Source: an uncultured cyanobacterium
GTDB taxonomy: Bacteria; Cyanobacteriota; Cyanobacteriia; PCC-9006; JAAUQQ01
Direction: 5' to 3'
Length of the DNA stretch: 64,000 nucleotides
Assembly: GCA_963718615.1 (NCBI GenBank)
Contig: OY970368.1
Coordinates: 320,001-384,000, forward strand
The notes under the pieces were generated by a model. It did not search any database, had not been told where the DNA came from, and saw only the letters and a program-made list of their open reading frames with translations. Numbering within the stretch: the stretch's first letter is position 1; the number at the start of each line of letters is the position of its first letter. Below, piece by piece: positions 27,149-37,578 of the stretch. The position numbers and the translations under genes are program-made.

Positions 27149-28669
27149 GTGAATCATTTGCCTATGACTCCCCCAGAGAGGATGCCGATGGATATGACAC
27201 CGGAGCAGCGATCGCTCTACGACAAGATTCAAGCCTTTGTCCTGGATGAACCCGGCGCGACGTTCCCCTTTAGTCGGCGGTTGGCGAAGGAAAATCGTTG
27301 GTCTGTCCAACAAACCCAGCGGGCGATCGCCGAATATCGTAAATTTGTCTTTCTCGCCATGGTTGCGGGTCACCCAGTCTCTCCCTCCGAGGCCGTGGAC
27401 CAAGTCTGGCATCTCCATTTGCTCTACACCCAATCCTACTGGGATCGCTTTTGCGGCCAGGTTCTGGGTCGGCCTTTGCACCACATGCCGACGCTGGGAG
27501 GGCAGCAGGAGCACGATAAATTTGAGACTTGGTATGGCCAAACCCTAGACAGCTACGAGCGTTTCTTTGGGCTAGCTCCGGCAGAGGTGTGGCCCGCTGC
27601 CGCCGTCCAGTCCGCTCAGCGGAGCCGTGTAGGACAGAAATGGCTTTGGCTGGGGCTGCTAGGGGTGTTGGGAATGGTTATGGCTTGGGCCTTGAGTGGT
27701 GAGGCTGCCCTGGCCAGTGATACGCTCAACCCTTTGAACTATCGGGGTCCTGAGTTTCTTCGCCTGTATCTCGTCCTCTCTGGGGTTTGCTTCGGAGTGG
27801 CCCAAGTCCTGCGGTTTCTTGCCCGCCGCTCGGAGTCCAGTCTGGGCCAGGATTCTACCCTTGATGTCTATGAGCAGGCCTATTTGGCCGGAGGCTCCCG
27901 GCGGGCGGTGGAAACGGCGATCGCCAAACTCGCCATGTTGGAAATCATTACCCTCGACAAAGCCGGTAACCTCGACCTGCAAAAGGATTTGGCGGATGCT
28001 CTGACGCTGGCTTCCCATCCCTTGGAACAGGCGATCGCCACCCTGCTTCAAGACAAGAGCCATTCGCTCTGCGACCTAATCCCGCAGGCTAGCCTGCAGC
28101 CGCTCTTGCAACCCCTGGGCGATCGCCTGCGAACCGAACACCTGCTAATGACCCCGGAACAAATCCAGCGGAGGCAGTGGCTGTCTGCGGGGGTCATGGC
28201 GTTACCCCTGCTCCTGGGGGGCAGCAAGATTTTTGTGGGATTGTCTCGACTCAAGCCGGTGGGGTTTTTGGTGATCCTTTGTTTGATCACGGCGGTAGCA
28301 GCGCTAATCCTGTTGACGACGGTTGGCAAGGAGCGAACGTGGAGCGGTGATCGACGACTACAAACTTTGATGGCGCAGCCTTTAGCTTCCCATGGGGCTC
28401 GGGCTGGGTCTCAAGGGTCTGAAGTGATAGGAGCTGAAACGGTAGGAGCTGAAACGGTAGGAGCTGAAGTGGAGGCGATCGCCCAATCCGTGGCGGTCCT
28501 AGGCGTCAGTGCCCTGGCCGGAACCCCTTACGCCAGCTTTATCCCAGGATTGAAATCTGTTCCCGCAAGTGCTTCAAGCGGCTGGAGCAGCGGGGATAGT
28601 GGCAGTAGCTGTGGGAGCAGTTGCGGCAGTAGTTGTGGAGGGGGCTGTGGCGGCTGTGGCGGAGATTGA
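27149..28669 (+). CDS. TIGR04222 domain membrane protein with an N-terminal GRDP-like domain
   Basis: FSRRLAKENRW..VDQVWHLHLLYT; GPEFL..AYLAGG; C-terminal SSCGSSCGSSCGGGCGGCGG. Confidence 0.9.
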   Translation: MNHLPMTPPERMPMDMTPEQRSLYDKIQAFVLDEPGATFPFSRRLAKENRWSVQQTQRAIAEYRKFVFLAMVAGHPVSPSEAVDQVWHLHLLYTQSYWDRFCGQVLGRPLHHMPTLGGQQEHDKFETWYGQTLDSYERFFGLAPAEVWPAAAVQSAQRSRVGQKWLWLGLLGVLGMVMAWALSGEAALASDTLNPLNYRGPEFLRLYLVLSGVCFGVAQVLRFLARRSESSLGQDSTLDVYEQAYLAGGSRRAVETAIAKLAMLEIITLDKAGNLDLQKDLADALTLASHPLEQAIATLLQDKSHSLCDLIPQASLQPLLQPLGDRLRTEHLLMTPEQIQRRQWLSAGVMALPLLLGGSKIFVGLSRLKPVGFLVILCLITAVAALILLTTVGKERTWSGDRRLQTLMAQPLASHGARAGSQGSEVIGAETVGAETVGAEVEAIAQSVAVLGVSALAGTPYASFIPGLKSVPASASSGWSSGDSGSSCGSSCGSSCGGGCGGCGGD

Positions 28670-28727
28670 GGTTTCGTGACGGTCCGCACCCCACGGGTCT
28701 TGCGCTAACCCGCTCGAAAATACCCAT

Positions 28728-28759
28728 AAAAAAAAGGAGAGCCACCAAAGTGACTCCCC
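28728..28759 (-). terminator. Rho-independent terminator (sRNA and/or gatB)
   Basis: GGGGAGTCAC-TTTG-GTGGCTCTCC followed by T8. Confidence 0.8.
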
Positions 28760-28781
28760 CGATCATCAGGGTGCATCTACA
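28728..28781 (-). ncRNA. Putative ~54-nt NsiR1-like small RNA
   Basis: GTAGATGCACCCTGA matches the NsiR1 5' motif as I recall it. It is followed by a 10-bp hairpin and T8, and preceded by TATTAAT (-10) and GGGGG-TGACA-CCCCC. Confidence 0.55.
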
Positions 28782-28806
28782 CTTCTATTAATACCGCAAG
28801 GGGGTG

Positions 28807-28821
28807 GGGGGTGTCACCCCC
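28807..28821. promoter_or_regulatory. HetR-type GGG-N5-CCC inverted repeat
   Basis: GGGGG-TGTCA-CCCCC. Confidence 0.5.
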
Positions 28822-28869
28822 TCTGAGCCTTTTTTCTGTAATTTCAGTAAATTCACCGCCCTTGCTGTA

Positions 28870-30387
28870 TCAGCCTTTCAGCTTTTTGCTGAGGATCTCG
28901 TTGGTCAGCTTTGGATCAACACGTCCGCCGCTTTTTTGCATCAGTTGACCAATGAAAAATCCCTGAAGTTTGGTCTTACCGGCGCGAAACTGTTCAACCT
29001 TGTCCGGATTTGCGGTCATGACTTCATCGATCATTGCTTCAATGGCAGCGGGATCAGAGATCTGGGTCAGCCCCTTAGAGTCCACAAGGGCCTTTGCCGA
29101 TCCGCCTTTTTCTAGCATTTCCGGCAAAATTTCCTTGGCAATCTTACCGCTGATGGTGCCATCGTCAATCAATTGAACTAGCTCCGCCAGCATTTCAGGT
29201 TTGAGCGGCAGATCAGCAATGCTCATCCCCACGTTGCTGTTGAGGTAGGCGGCGATGTCCCCCATCACCCAGTTGGCGACGAGTTTGGGGGTGGCTCCCG
29301 TGGCGATCGCCGCCTCAAAATAGGCCGCTACCGCTTTCTCATCCGTCAGCACCCGCGCATCGTAGGGCGAGAGACCCAGTTCATCTTCGTAGCGATGGCG
29401 CTTTTGGGCAGGCAGCTCTGGCAATTCAGCTTTCCAGCCGTCCCGCTGTTCCGCTGAGACTTCGATGGGGCCAAGGTCCGGTTCCGGAAAATAGCGGTAG
29501 TCACTGGAGCCCTCTTTGCTGCGCATGCTAATGGTGCGCTGGTTGCTTTCGTCCCAGAGGCGAGTTTCTTGAACAATGGAACTTCCTTCGCCGCTTTCGA
29601 TCGCCTCGACTTGCCGTTCGATTTCGTACTCGATCGCCCGCTGAATCGCACTAAAGGAGTTCATGTTCTTGATCTCGACCTTAGTGCCGAACTCTGCACG
29701 ACCCTTAGGCCGAACAGAAATATTCACATCACAGCGCAGAGACCCCTCCTGCATGTTGCCATCGCTAACGCCGAGGTAACGGACGATGCGACGGATCTCC
29801 TGGGCATACTCAGCCGCCTCTCGGCCCGTGCGCAGATCCGGTTCTGAGACAATTTCGATCAGGGGAACCCCTGCGCGGTTGTAGTCCACGAGGGAATGGG
29901 TGGAACCTGCCAGACGGTCACTGCCCGCATGGACCAATTTGCCCGCATCTTCTTCCATGTGCAGCCGGGTGATGCCGATGCGCTTGGTTTGAGCTTTGCC
30001 GTTTTCGTCGAGCAGGGGTTCACCCTTGTTATCGGTGAGTTCGATCTCGATCCAGCCATGTTCCGCGATGGGTAGGTCGTACTGGGAGATCTGATAGTTT
30101 TTGGGGAGGTCCGGATAGAAATACTGTTTGCGATCGAACTTGCTGTAGGGGGCAATCTGACAGTTCAGCGCTAGCCCCGCCTTGACGGCATACTCCAGCA
30201 CAGTTTGGTTGAGCACCGGCAGCGTTCCCGGCATCCCCATGCAAACCGGGTCAATGTGGGTATTGGGAACGGCTCCAAATTCCGTGGAACTGTTGGAGAA
30301 GATTTTGGTGTTTGTACTCAGTTGGCAGTGGGTTTCTAGGCCGATGACGGCTTCGTATTCGATTTTGGCAGGGGCAGCAACGGGCAT
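28870..30387 (-). CDS. gatB: Asp/Glu-tRNA amidotransferase subunit B
   Basis: [57 protein letters not shown]. Confidence 0.98.
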   Translation of the reverse strand: MPVAAPAKIEYEAVIGLETHCQLSTNTKIFSNSSTEFGAVPNTHIDPVCMGMPGTLPVLNQTVLEYAVKAGLALNCQIAPYSKFDRKQYFYPDLPKNYQISQYDLPIAEHGWIEIELTDNKGEPLLDENGKAQTKRIGITRLHMEEDAGKLVHAGSDRLAGSTHSLVDYNRAGVPLIEIVSEPDLRTGREAAEYAQEIRRIVRYLGVSDGNMQEGSLRCDVNISVRPKGRAEFGTKVEIKNMNSFSAIQRAIEYEIERQVEAIESGEGSSIVQETRLWDESNQRTISMRSKEGSSDYRYFPEPDLGPIEVSAEQRDGWKAELPELPAQKRHRYEDELGLSPYDARVLTDEKAVAAYFEAAIATGATPKLVANWVMGDIAAYLNSNVGMSIADLPLKPEMLAELVQLIDDGTISGKIAKEILPEMLEKGGSAKALVDSKGLTQISDPAAIEAMIDEVMTANPDKVEQFRAGKTKLQGFFIGQLMQKSGGRVDPKLTNEILSKKLKG

Positions 30388-30460
30388 AGGCTTATCTACA
30401 GCAATCTCAGCATGAATGATAGTCCTATTTTAGGGGAACCTTTGCTGGAGCAGCACTGTC

Positions 30461-31651
30461 CTAGGGCGCTGACCGCAGGGTTAGGGGGATATAGCGGTCT
30501 AAAACCATGGCAATTTTGTCAGATTGGATGGGTTTGGAGACAAATTCTGTCGCCCCGACAATTTTGCTGCGTAGGCGATCGACCATGCCATCATTACTGG
30601 TCAAAATCACTAAGGGGATATCTCGTAGAAAACTCACGCGGCGAATTTGGGTGCAAAGCTCATAGCCACTGATGACCGGCATGACTAAATCGACAAACAC
30701 CAAATCCGGCTTCTGTTCAATAATTTCCTGAAGGGCGCGAACCGAGTCCTGGACGCTTGCATAGCGATAGCCAAATCCTTGCACCATTTGACCTAAGTGG
30801 CTACAAACATTGGGATTATCATCGATACAAAAGACCAAGGGAGTTTGCTGGGTGGAGTTCTGGTTTTTGGCTTCCGTGGCGCGGGGCCAAGGGGGGGGGA
30901 AATCCTTAATTCGCTCAAACTGAATGAGATCCTGCCGTTCGTAAATTGCCAGGGATTGGGTTAGCGCTAAAAAATGTTGAGACAGCAGCGGGGCAATCTC
31001 CCGCAGAGAAAGCTGTCCTTTTAGAAAGTTACTGAGGGTATTATAGGTGTTGGCGGAAACTCGGTTTTGGAGGGTGGTGCGATCGCAAATAATCGGAGCC
31101 AAATTCGGGGAATAGGCTTCTAACTGTGCCGCTCGCCAGCAATTCCATAAATTTTGAACCGGCTCAACGGTTTTCCCAATGGGGGGAAGAAAGGCAATTT
31201 GACCGGCGCAGTAATCCTCCCCTTCTAGGGTATCAATCCGCTCCACGGCTGAGAAGTTTTGGATGAGTTCAAACAGGACTTCTTGAATATTTTCTTGGAT
31301 GATTTGAGCGATCGCAGCACGTCCCACTCGTCCCTCTTGAAAGAGATGGGTGAGCACCTGATATTCCCACAGGAGTGAAGACTGAAAAGCCTGAAGCTTA
31401 CGAAGATGGGGATATAGTTCCGGACAAATAAGACGCAGCAAGCGATGCCAACGACGAAATCGATGTTCTCCTTCCGTAGCCCAAATGATGCGCCCAAGCC
31501 GAAAGACTAAACAGAACCGCAGGGTCTCTGAACAGGTAAACACAAGACATCCGGTGAGCTGCTGTTGGGCAGCCTGTTGCATCTGAATTTCAAAGCCTTG
31601 TAGAGCTAAATCGAGGTAAACAGGCTCCTGTCGTTCCGTAATGAGCGCCAT
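30461..31651 (-). CDS. PatA-family response regulator (PATAN plus receiver)
   Basis: N-terminal PATAN-like region (TGCL..GRIIWA..RRWHRLL); C-terminal REC (IDD..FVDLVMP..FVSKP). Confidence 0.88.
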   Translation of the reverse strand: MALITERQEPVYLDLALQGFEIQMQQAAQQQLTGCLVFTCSETLRFCLVFRLGRIIWATEGEHRFRRWHRLLRLICPELYPHLRKLQAFQSSLLWEYQVLTHLFQEGRVGRAAIAQIIQENIQEVLFELIQNFSAVERIDTLEGEDYCAGQIAFLPPIGKTVEPVQNLWNCWRAAQLEAYSPNLAPIICDRTTLQNRVSANTYNTLSNFLKGQLSLREIAPLLSQHFLALTQSLAIYERQDLIQFERIKDFPPPWPRATEAKNQNSTQQTPLVFCIDDNPNVCSHLGQMVQGFGYRYASVQDSVRALQEIIEQKPDLVFVDLVMPVISGYELCTQIRRVSFLRDIPLVILTSNDGMVDRLRSKIVGATEFVSKPIQSDKIAMVLDRYIPLTLRSAP

Positions 31652-32111
31652 AGTTTAAGGCAAGATTTGTATAAGACTAACTGCGTGGCAATCGCACCTT
31701 GGCTGACGATGAAACCCTATCATTTAGAAAGAATTGAAGAACAAATCATCAGATGACGGATCTCCTCCGTAAATATCCATAAATGCCCCCTCTATCCTGT
31801 AAGTTTCATGTATGTCGCTGGTATGAATAGAGTACCCGGAGCTCCAGATTTCTCAGCAAATCAATCTATTCGCGACGGAATCATACCTATGTAACGGATT
31901 CCGTTTCAGAGTTCCTAAGGGAAGAGACTTTTGGGGATTATGGGTTCAATGGATCAAACTCTTGAATTCTCTAATCTCAATTTAAAAAGCCGCAGGTCAG
32001 GCTTAGAAGATAAGCGCTTCCTGCGGCGATTTGCTCTGAAATCTAATCGGGTGAAACAGCTAGGGTGAAACAAAATCTGCACAATCCTAGATTGCCTTGA
32101 GATTGCGATCG

Positions 32112-33026
32112 CTAAGAGGCTCGGGCCATCAGATTAGCGGAGTTCGGTACAGGCGTAGCAGGCAACCCCACAACATCATAATTAATTCGATTTTTACCAT
32201 GAGTCTTAACGTGATACATCAGCGTATCGGAATGGTCCACGACTTCTTTAACGGTTTTGGGCAATCGAATAAAGGTTGCCACTCCCATACTGAAGCTAAT
32301 CGGCCACTGATGTTCCTGGACAATCTGCATGAGTTGCTGCTGTACACGGGGCAACACAATCCGCGCTTCCTGAGGTCCGGTCTGCGGCAACATGAGCGCA
32401 AATTCATCCCCACCCAGCCGAGCCACAACATCAATCGATCGCACCTGCTTGAGCATGCATTGAGAGATCAAACTGAGGAGCAAATCCCCAGTTGCATGAC
32501 CAAATCGATCGTTAACAGTTTTGAAATTATCGACGTCGATGTAGGCCACGGTCAGGGGGTATCGATAGCGGCGCGATCGCAAACATTCTGCCTGAAGCAG
32601 CTCATAGAAATAGCGTCGATTGGTCACGCCGGTTAGCCCATCGGTCCGCGCCAAGCGTTTTTCCCGTTCGTAGCCCGCCTTGAGTGCTGCCAAGAGATGA
32701 TTAATCATCATAAAAAATCCCAGACTGACGCTCATATTCCAGTAGGGCAACCAAGGATTACCGCCGTGGAATTGGCTGATCTCGCTGCTGAGCCAGAGAA
32801 TCGCGCTGGTCATGGCAATAAAACTGCCAAAATTTACCCCAGCAAACCAAGACCCCATCAAAATGGGCACGGCATAGACAATCGACAAGTTGAGCTCTGA
32901 AGGAATCAAATGGTCGACCGTCGCTAGCAGCAAAACCAGCAGCAAACTCAAGATCGCGCTAAAAAAGGGCGGCTGTCCTTCGAGGTAATGAATGACCTGG
33001 GGGAAAGGATTGGCGGGGGGCTTCAT
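32112..33026 (-). CDS. Membrane-bound diguanylate cyclase
   Basis: About four TM helices, TDGLTGVTNRR, DVDNFK, RSID I-site, intact GGDEF. Confidence 0.93.
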   Translation of the reverse strand: MKPPANPFPQVIHYLEGQPPFFSAILSLLLVLLLATVDHLIPSELNLSIVYAVPILMGSWFAGVNFGSFIAMTSAILWLSSEISQFHGGNPWLPYWNMSVSLGFFMMINHLLAALKAGYEREKRLARTDGLTGVTNRRYFYELLQAECLRSRRYRYPLTVAYIDVDNFKTVNDRFGHATGDLLLSLISQCMLKQVRSIDVVARLGGDEFALMLPQTGPQEARIVLPRVQQQLMQIVQEHQWPISFSMGVATFIRLPKTVKEVVDHSDTLMYHVKTHGKNRINYDVVGLPATPVPNSANLMARAS

Positions 33027-33275
33027 GGTTAACGCATCAAGTCTGAAAAAAACACGGTGCAACAACCTGTTAGCGAACCAAACGCTGCTCTGATGTCGGC
33101 ATCCCCAGTTGCCGTCCTTAACAAGCTCACCAAATCATTTGCTTGCAAAAAACGATGGGAACTGGGTATGATGATTGCGTATATATACGCAATTGCCTTC
33201 AGGTATAAATTATTATTGTCTAAGCTGCCGAAAATCCAAGGGTGGCTGATGCCCTTATGAAGCCTGACGAAGGAA

Positions 33276-33294
33276 CCCCTGAGGGGTCTGACCC
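33276..33294. promoter_or_regulatory. HetR-type box upstream of the diguanylate cyclase
   Basis: ACCCCTGAGGGGTCTGACCC, close to the Anabaena hetP site GAGGGGTCTAACCCCTC. Confidence 0.5.
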
Positions 33295-33357
33295 ATGGAT
33301 CGCGCCAAGTGTATCACAAAGATATTGCCTGCCTGGGTTTGATGTATAAAAAAATTC

Positions 33358-35733
33358 TCACTTTCCCTCTAGTTTTTCGAGGGGAGCAAGGCTGGGGTCG
33401 AAGATTTTTTGGCCCAAATTAGGGAATTTAATGGCGATCGAAACCTTGTTTCCCACTCCGAAGACATGGGTGACTTGGCCAATCCCGAAGGAGCGATGGA
33501 GGGCGCGATCGCCCACCTGCCACTCCACAAGGGTTGCACGGTTCTTGGCTTGGGTACGGGCGGCACTGCGGGCCTGCTGACGCTGGGTTTCGACATCGAT
33601 GGCGATCGCCTTGGCCCGTTGAGTCCGATTGCCCAGGCTCACTGTATGGCCCTGCAAGAGGTCCTTGGGCAACTCTCCGAGGAACACCGAAGGCATCGCC
33701 GGTTCGCGGGAGCCCCAAAGTCGGCGAGCCATGGCATGGGTAATGAACAATTGTTCCTGGGCGCGGGTAATCCCCACATAGCAGAGGCGGCGTTCCTCTT
33801 CGATGGCCGAGGCATCATCCAAGGAGCGATAGCTCGGAAACAGGCCCTGCTCCATACCCACCAGAAAGACCACCGGAAATTCTAAGCCCTTAGACGCGTG
33901 GAGCGTCATCAAAGAAACTTGGGAGTTTTCTTCGTCCAAACTGTCTAAATCCGATGCCAGGGAGGCATTGCCCAGAAAGTTCAGCAGCGTCGCATCCTCA
34001 TTTTCTTCTTCGAATTGCAGCGCCGCATTAAATAATTCTTCGACGTTTTGCAGCCGATCTTCTGCTTCTTCGGTGCCTTCGGCCAGGAGGCTATCGCGGT
34101 AGCCCGACTCGTCGATGACCTTGCGGACCATGGCTGAAGCCGACAGGCGATCGATTTGGCCAATACAACCGAGAATCAGATTGGCAAACTCGATTACACC
34201 ACGGGACGATCGCCCCGCCAAGGTTTTCACCGAGGTTTCATCGCTCAGGATTTCCCAAAGGGGTACCCCCAGTTCCTGGGCCGCGCCGCTGAGTTTGTCC
34301 AGCGTGGATTTGCCCACGCCCCGACGGGGTACGTTGATTACCCGCAGGAGGCTGACCGTATCGGCGGGATTGGCGATCGCCCGCAAATAGGCCAAGACAT
34401 CTTTAATTTCGCGGCGATCGTAAAAACGCAACCCCCCCACCACGGTGTAGGGCACGTTGAACCGGCGCAGGACTTCTTCAAAGGCGCGGGATTGGGCATT
34501 CGTCCGATAAAGAATAGAAAATCCGCCCCAGTTGAGATTGGGGTCGTCCTGTTCTAGGCTGCGAATTTGCTGGACCACATAATCGGCTTCGACGATTTCA
34601 TCATCAGCTCGAAAACAGGTAATCGGTTCACCACTGCCCCGCGTGGGTCGCAGGACCTTATCAATCCGCTCGGTATTGTTTTGGATAATGTGGTTGGCCA
34701 CTTGGAGAATATTTTCGGTGGAGCGATAGTTTTCCTCCAGTTTGACCATGGTGCGGGTATCGTCATCGGGTAGACCGTCGCCAAAGTCTCCCTGAAAATC
34801 CATCAGAATTCTAAAGTCGGCGCAGCGGAACGAATAAATCGACTGATCGACATCGCCCACGACAAACACGGAACGCTGGTTCCAGTGATCGAACTGCTTG
34901 GGGCTGGCTCCGTTGGTGACCAGAAGGCGAATCAAGTCGTATTGGGTGCGGTTGGTGTCTTGATATTCATCCACCAAGATGTGGCGAAACCGGCGGTGCC
35001 AATAGTCTAAGATTTGTGCGTTTTGCTCAAATAGCCGCACCGGAATCAAAATGAGGTCATCAAAATCAAGGGCGTTGTTGTTGGCTAGGCCGGCCAGGTA
35101 ATACTCATAAACTTCCGCAATGACACGACCTTTGTAGTCGGGATGCTCTTTGCGATATTCGTCCGGTGAAAGGCCAAGATTTTTGGCATTGCTGATGGCA
35201 AAACGCACCGAGCGGGGCTCAAACCGTTTGGTATCGAGGTTGAGGACACCCGTAACAATATTTTTGATCAGACTCTGGACATCGGATTCATCAAAAATCG
35301 AAAACTGTTTCGTCCAGGTATGGCCTTGGGGGCTTCTATATTTATCGATATCAAACCGCAAAATACGGGCACAAAGGGCGTGGAAGGTGCCAATCCAAAG
35401 GTCTTTGAGAAAGTTTCGATAGACGCGCGATCGCAACTGGGTTTGCTCCCGACCCGACAGCAGGGACAAGGGCTTACCGTATTCGTCTTCCGCTAACTGC
35501 TGAGCAAAGATCTTTTGGATCCGCTCTTTCATTTCCCGCGCCGCCTTGTTGGTGAACGTCACCGCCAAAATATTTTCCGGGTCAATCCGATGAACCCGAA
35601 TCAAATGGGCAATTCGGTAGGTCAGCGCTCGCGTTTTCCCGGAGCCCGCTCCCGCCACCACCAGCAACGGCCCACAGAAATGCTCGACGGCAGCGCGCTG
35701 AGAAGAATTGAGGTGACTGAGGTAGTCCGACAT
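33358..35733 (-). CDS. pcrA: DNA helicase PcrA/UvrD
   Basis: AGAGSGKT, VDEYQD, VGDVDQSIY, ENYRST, TLHASKGLEF, YVGITRA. Confidence 0.97.
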   Translation of the reverse strand: MSDYLSHLNSSQRAAVEHFCGPLLVVAGAGSGKTRALTYRIAHLIRVHRIDPENILAVTFTNKAAREMKERIQKIFAQQLAEDEYGKPLSLLSGREQTQLRSRVYRNFLKDLWIGTFHALCARILRFDIDKYRSPQGHTWTKQFSIFDESDVQSLIKNIVTGVLNLDTKRFEPRSVRFAISNAKNLGLSPDEYRKEHPDYKGRVIAEVYEYYLAGLANNNALDFDDLILIPVRLFEQNAQILDYWHRRFRHILVDEYQDTNRTQYDLIRLLVTNGASPKQFDHWNQRSVFVVGDVDQSIYSFRCADFRILMDFQGDFGDGLPDDDTRTMVKLEENYRSTENILQVANHIIQNNTERIDKVLRPTRGSGEPITCFRADDEIVEADYVVQQIRSLEQDDPNLNWGGFSILYRTNAQSRAFEEVLRRFNVPYTVVGGLRFYDRREIKDVLAYLRAIANPADTVSLLRVINVPRRGVGKSTLDKLSGAAQELGVPLWEILSDETSVKTLAGRSSRGVIEFANLILGCIGQIDRLSASAMVRKVIDESGYRDSLLAEGTEEAEDRLQNVEELFNAALQFEEENEDATLLNFLGNASLASDLDSLDEENSQVSLMTLHASKGLEFPVVFLVGMEQGLFPSYRSLDDASAIEEERRLCYVGITRAQEQLFITHAMARRLWGSREPAMPSVFLGELPKDLLQGHTVSLGNRTQRAKAIAIDVETQRQQARSAARTQAKNRATLVEWQVGDRALHRSFGIGQVTHVFGVGNKVSIAIKFPNLGQKIFDPSLAPLEKLEGK

Positions 35734-35848
35734 GGGGCAGATGGATCAAGCGTACGCAATCCAGCCTATCGCAGATTCTGGAGTCGGAGCAGACGGATTC
35801 GGCGAACCGATGGGTCTGCTCCGAGGGTGATTCCAAACGCCAGGGAAA

Positions 35849-36616
35849 CTAGGCTCGGCTGGGAATGAGCTCAGATTGCAGGGCTTCCACTAGCCCCTGG
35901 ACCGCTGCGGTCATTTCAATTTCTGATTCCAGACGGTTGATGGCAGAGCCAACCCCGACCCCAGAAGCACCGGCAGCGATCGCCATGGGCACCGTCACCG
36001 TAGATAGACCCGAAGCACAGAGCACCGGCACTTCCACTGCGCGGGAAATTTCCCAAGCTGCCGCCAGGGTCGGCACAGCCTTTTCGATCAGCCCCATCAA
36101 ACCAGCATGCTGCGGCTGGATGCTTGTGCCACCTTCGGTTTGGATCATGTCGGCCCCTGCGGCCACAAGGGCTTCAGCCAAGGCTGCCTGCTCACCCAGA
36201 TTGAGGATGTGGGGAACCGTCACCGACATAGCCACCTTGGGCAGCAGCGCGCGGGTCCGGCGGGTGAGCTCTAGGACTTCAGCAGCTTCAAACCGACGGC
36301 CCTGGGCATAGAAGGCATCAAAATTACCGATTTCGATCAGGTCCGCACCGGCTTCCACCGCTGGCACAAACTGCTCGGGTTCGATGGCCGAGACACAGAC
36401 AGGCAGGTGGGTATTGTGCCGAGCCAAACGCACAAGATTGGCATCCGCTGCAATATCTACAAAAGTCGCACCGCCACGGCTAGCTGCGCGGACAATCATG
36501 GCCACGCGATCGCCATTAAAGTTTGTCAAACCGCTAATGACTTTCAAAGCTTGGCCCCGTTCTAGGGCTTGCAGCAAACTTGGGGGCATCGTCGTCATAG
36601 TGTTGTCTCCCAGCAT
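35849..36616 (-). CDS. ycf23: DUF561 / Ycf23 family protein
   Basis: LKVISGLTNF..GGATFVDIAAD..IEIGNFD..IQTEGG. Confidence 0.9.
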   Translation of the reverse strand: MLGDNTMTTMPPSLLQALERGQALKVISGLTNFNGDRVAMIVRAASRGGATFVDIAADANLVRLARHNTHLPVCVSAIEPEQFVPAVEAGADLIEIGNFDAFYAQGRRFEAAEVLELTRRTRALLPKVAMSVTVPHILNLGEQAALAEALVAAGADMIQTEGGTSIQPQHAGLMGLIEKAVPTLAAAWEISRAVEVPVLCASGLSTVTVPMAIAAGASGVGVGSAINRLESEIEMTAAVQGLVEALQSELIPSRA

Positions 36617-36805
36617 TATTCCCCTAATTCTACGGGAGGATCGGGCGATCGCTGAAGCCTAAATCAGAAAAATCCCTAAAAATCTCAGCAATTTTGCCTA
36701 ATTTTTTAGGGATTCTATACATTTGGCTAGAGAAAATCCCGGAGGTTTTTAAGAAGCGAAAATTCTACGGAAAGCATAAAAATCAAGCCTCTCGTCACCC
36801 CTCTC

Positions 36806-37399
36806 CTAGGAGGCACGCACCAACGGTGTTCGATTGATCACTTTGTCGATCAGACCATAGTCCGCTGCCTCCGCTGCCGACATAAAAAAGTCCCGTTCTG
36901 TATCATCGGTAATTTTGGTCAAGGGTTGGCCTGTGTTGTCCGCCAGGATAATATTCAGTCGCTGCTTGGTTTTGATAATTTCTCGCGCCTGAATTTCAAT
37001 ATCCGTGGCCTGTCCTTGAGCCCCGCCAATGGGCTGGTGGATCATGATCCGAGAGTGGGGCAGGCTACTGCGCTTACCCTTGGCTCCAGCCGCCAGCAAA
37101 AATGCACCCATACTGGCTGCGAGCCCCACGCAGACCGTTGCCACATCCGGACCGATATGGTTCATGGTGTCAAAAATACCCATACCCGCTGTAACCGATC
37201 CGCCTGGAGAGTTGATGTAGAGATAAATATCCTTTTCCGCGTCCTCCGCTTCCAAGAACAACAACTGCGCCACAATCAGGTTGGCGACGTCAGAATCCAC
37301 AGGCTGACCCAGGAAAACGATGCGTTCTCTAAGCAAACGAGAGTAAATATCAAACGCGCGTTCGCCCCGCCCAGATTCTTCGACAACAATGGGAATCAT
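36806..37399 (-). CDS. clpP: ATP-dependent Clp protease proteolytic subunit
   Basis: [43 protein letters not shown]. Confidence 0.97.
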   Translation of the reverse strand: MIPIVVEESGRGERAFDIYSRLLRERIVFLGQPVDSDVANLIVAQLLFLEAEDAEKDIYLYINSPGGSVTAGMGIFDTMNHIGPDVATVCVGLAASMGAFLLAAGAKGKRSSLPHSRIMIHQPIGGAQGQATDIEIQAREIIKTKQRLNIILADNTGQPLTKITDDTERDFFMSAAEAADYGLIDKVINRTPLVRAS

Positions 37400-37578
37400 C
37401 AAACGTACCTGTTCTGTTTTATTCGCTCCTTTGATTCTAAAGATTTTTGTGGAGGTCCGACGAAAGACAGGCGGGGGATTTTGCCCGTTGGATCCGTTCC
37501 TCAGCTTTCCAAAGGGTTCAGGATCAAGCACAATTAAGATTTGGATGTCTTGAAGTTTTGTCTACACTCCTCAGTCCT

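Noticed and set aside
37400-37578. N-terminal extensions of clpP and psb29 in the ORF track
   Set aside because: They overlap each other across the divergent promoter; conserved starts are at 37399 and 37579.
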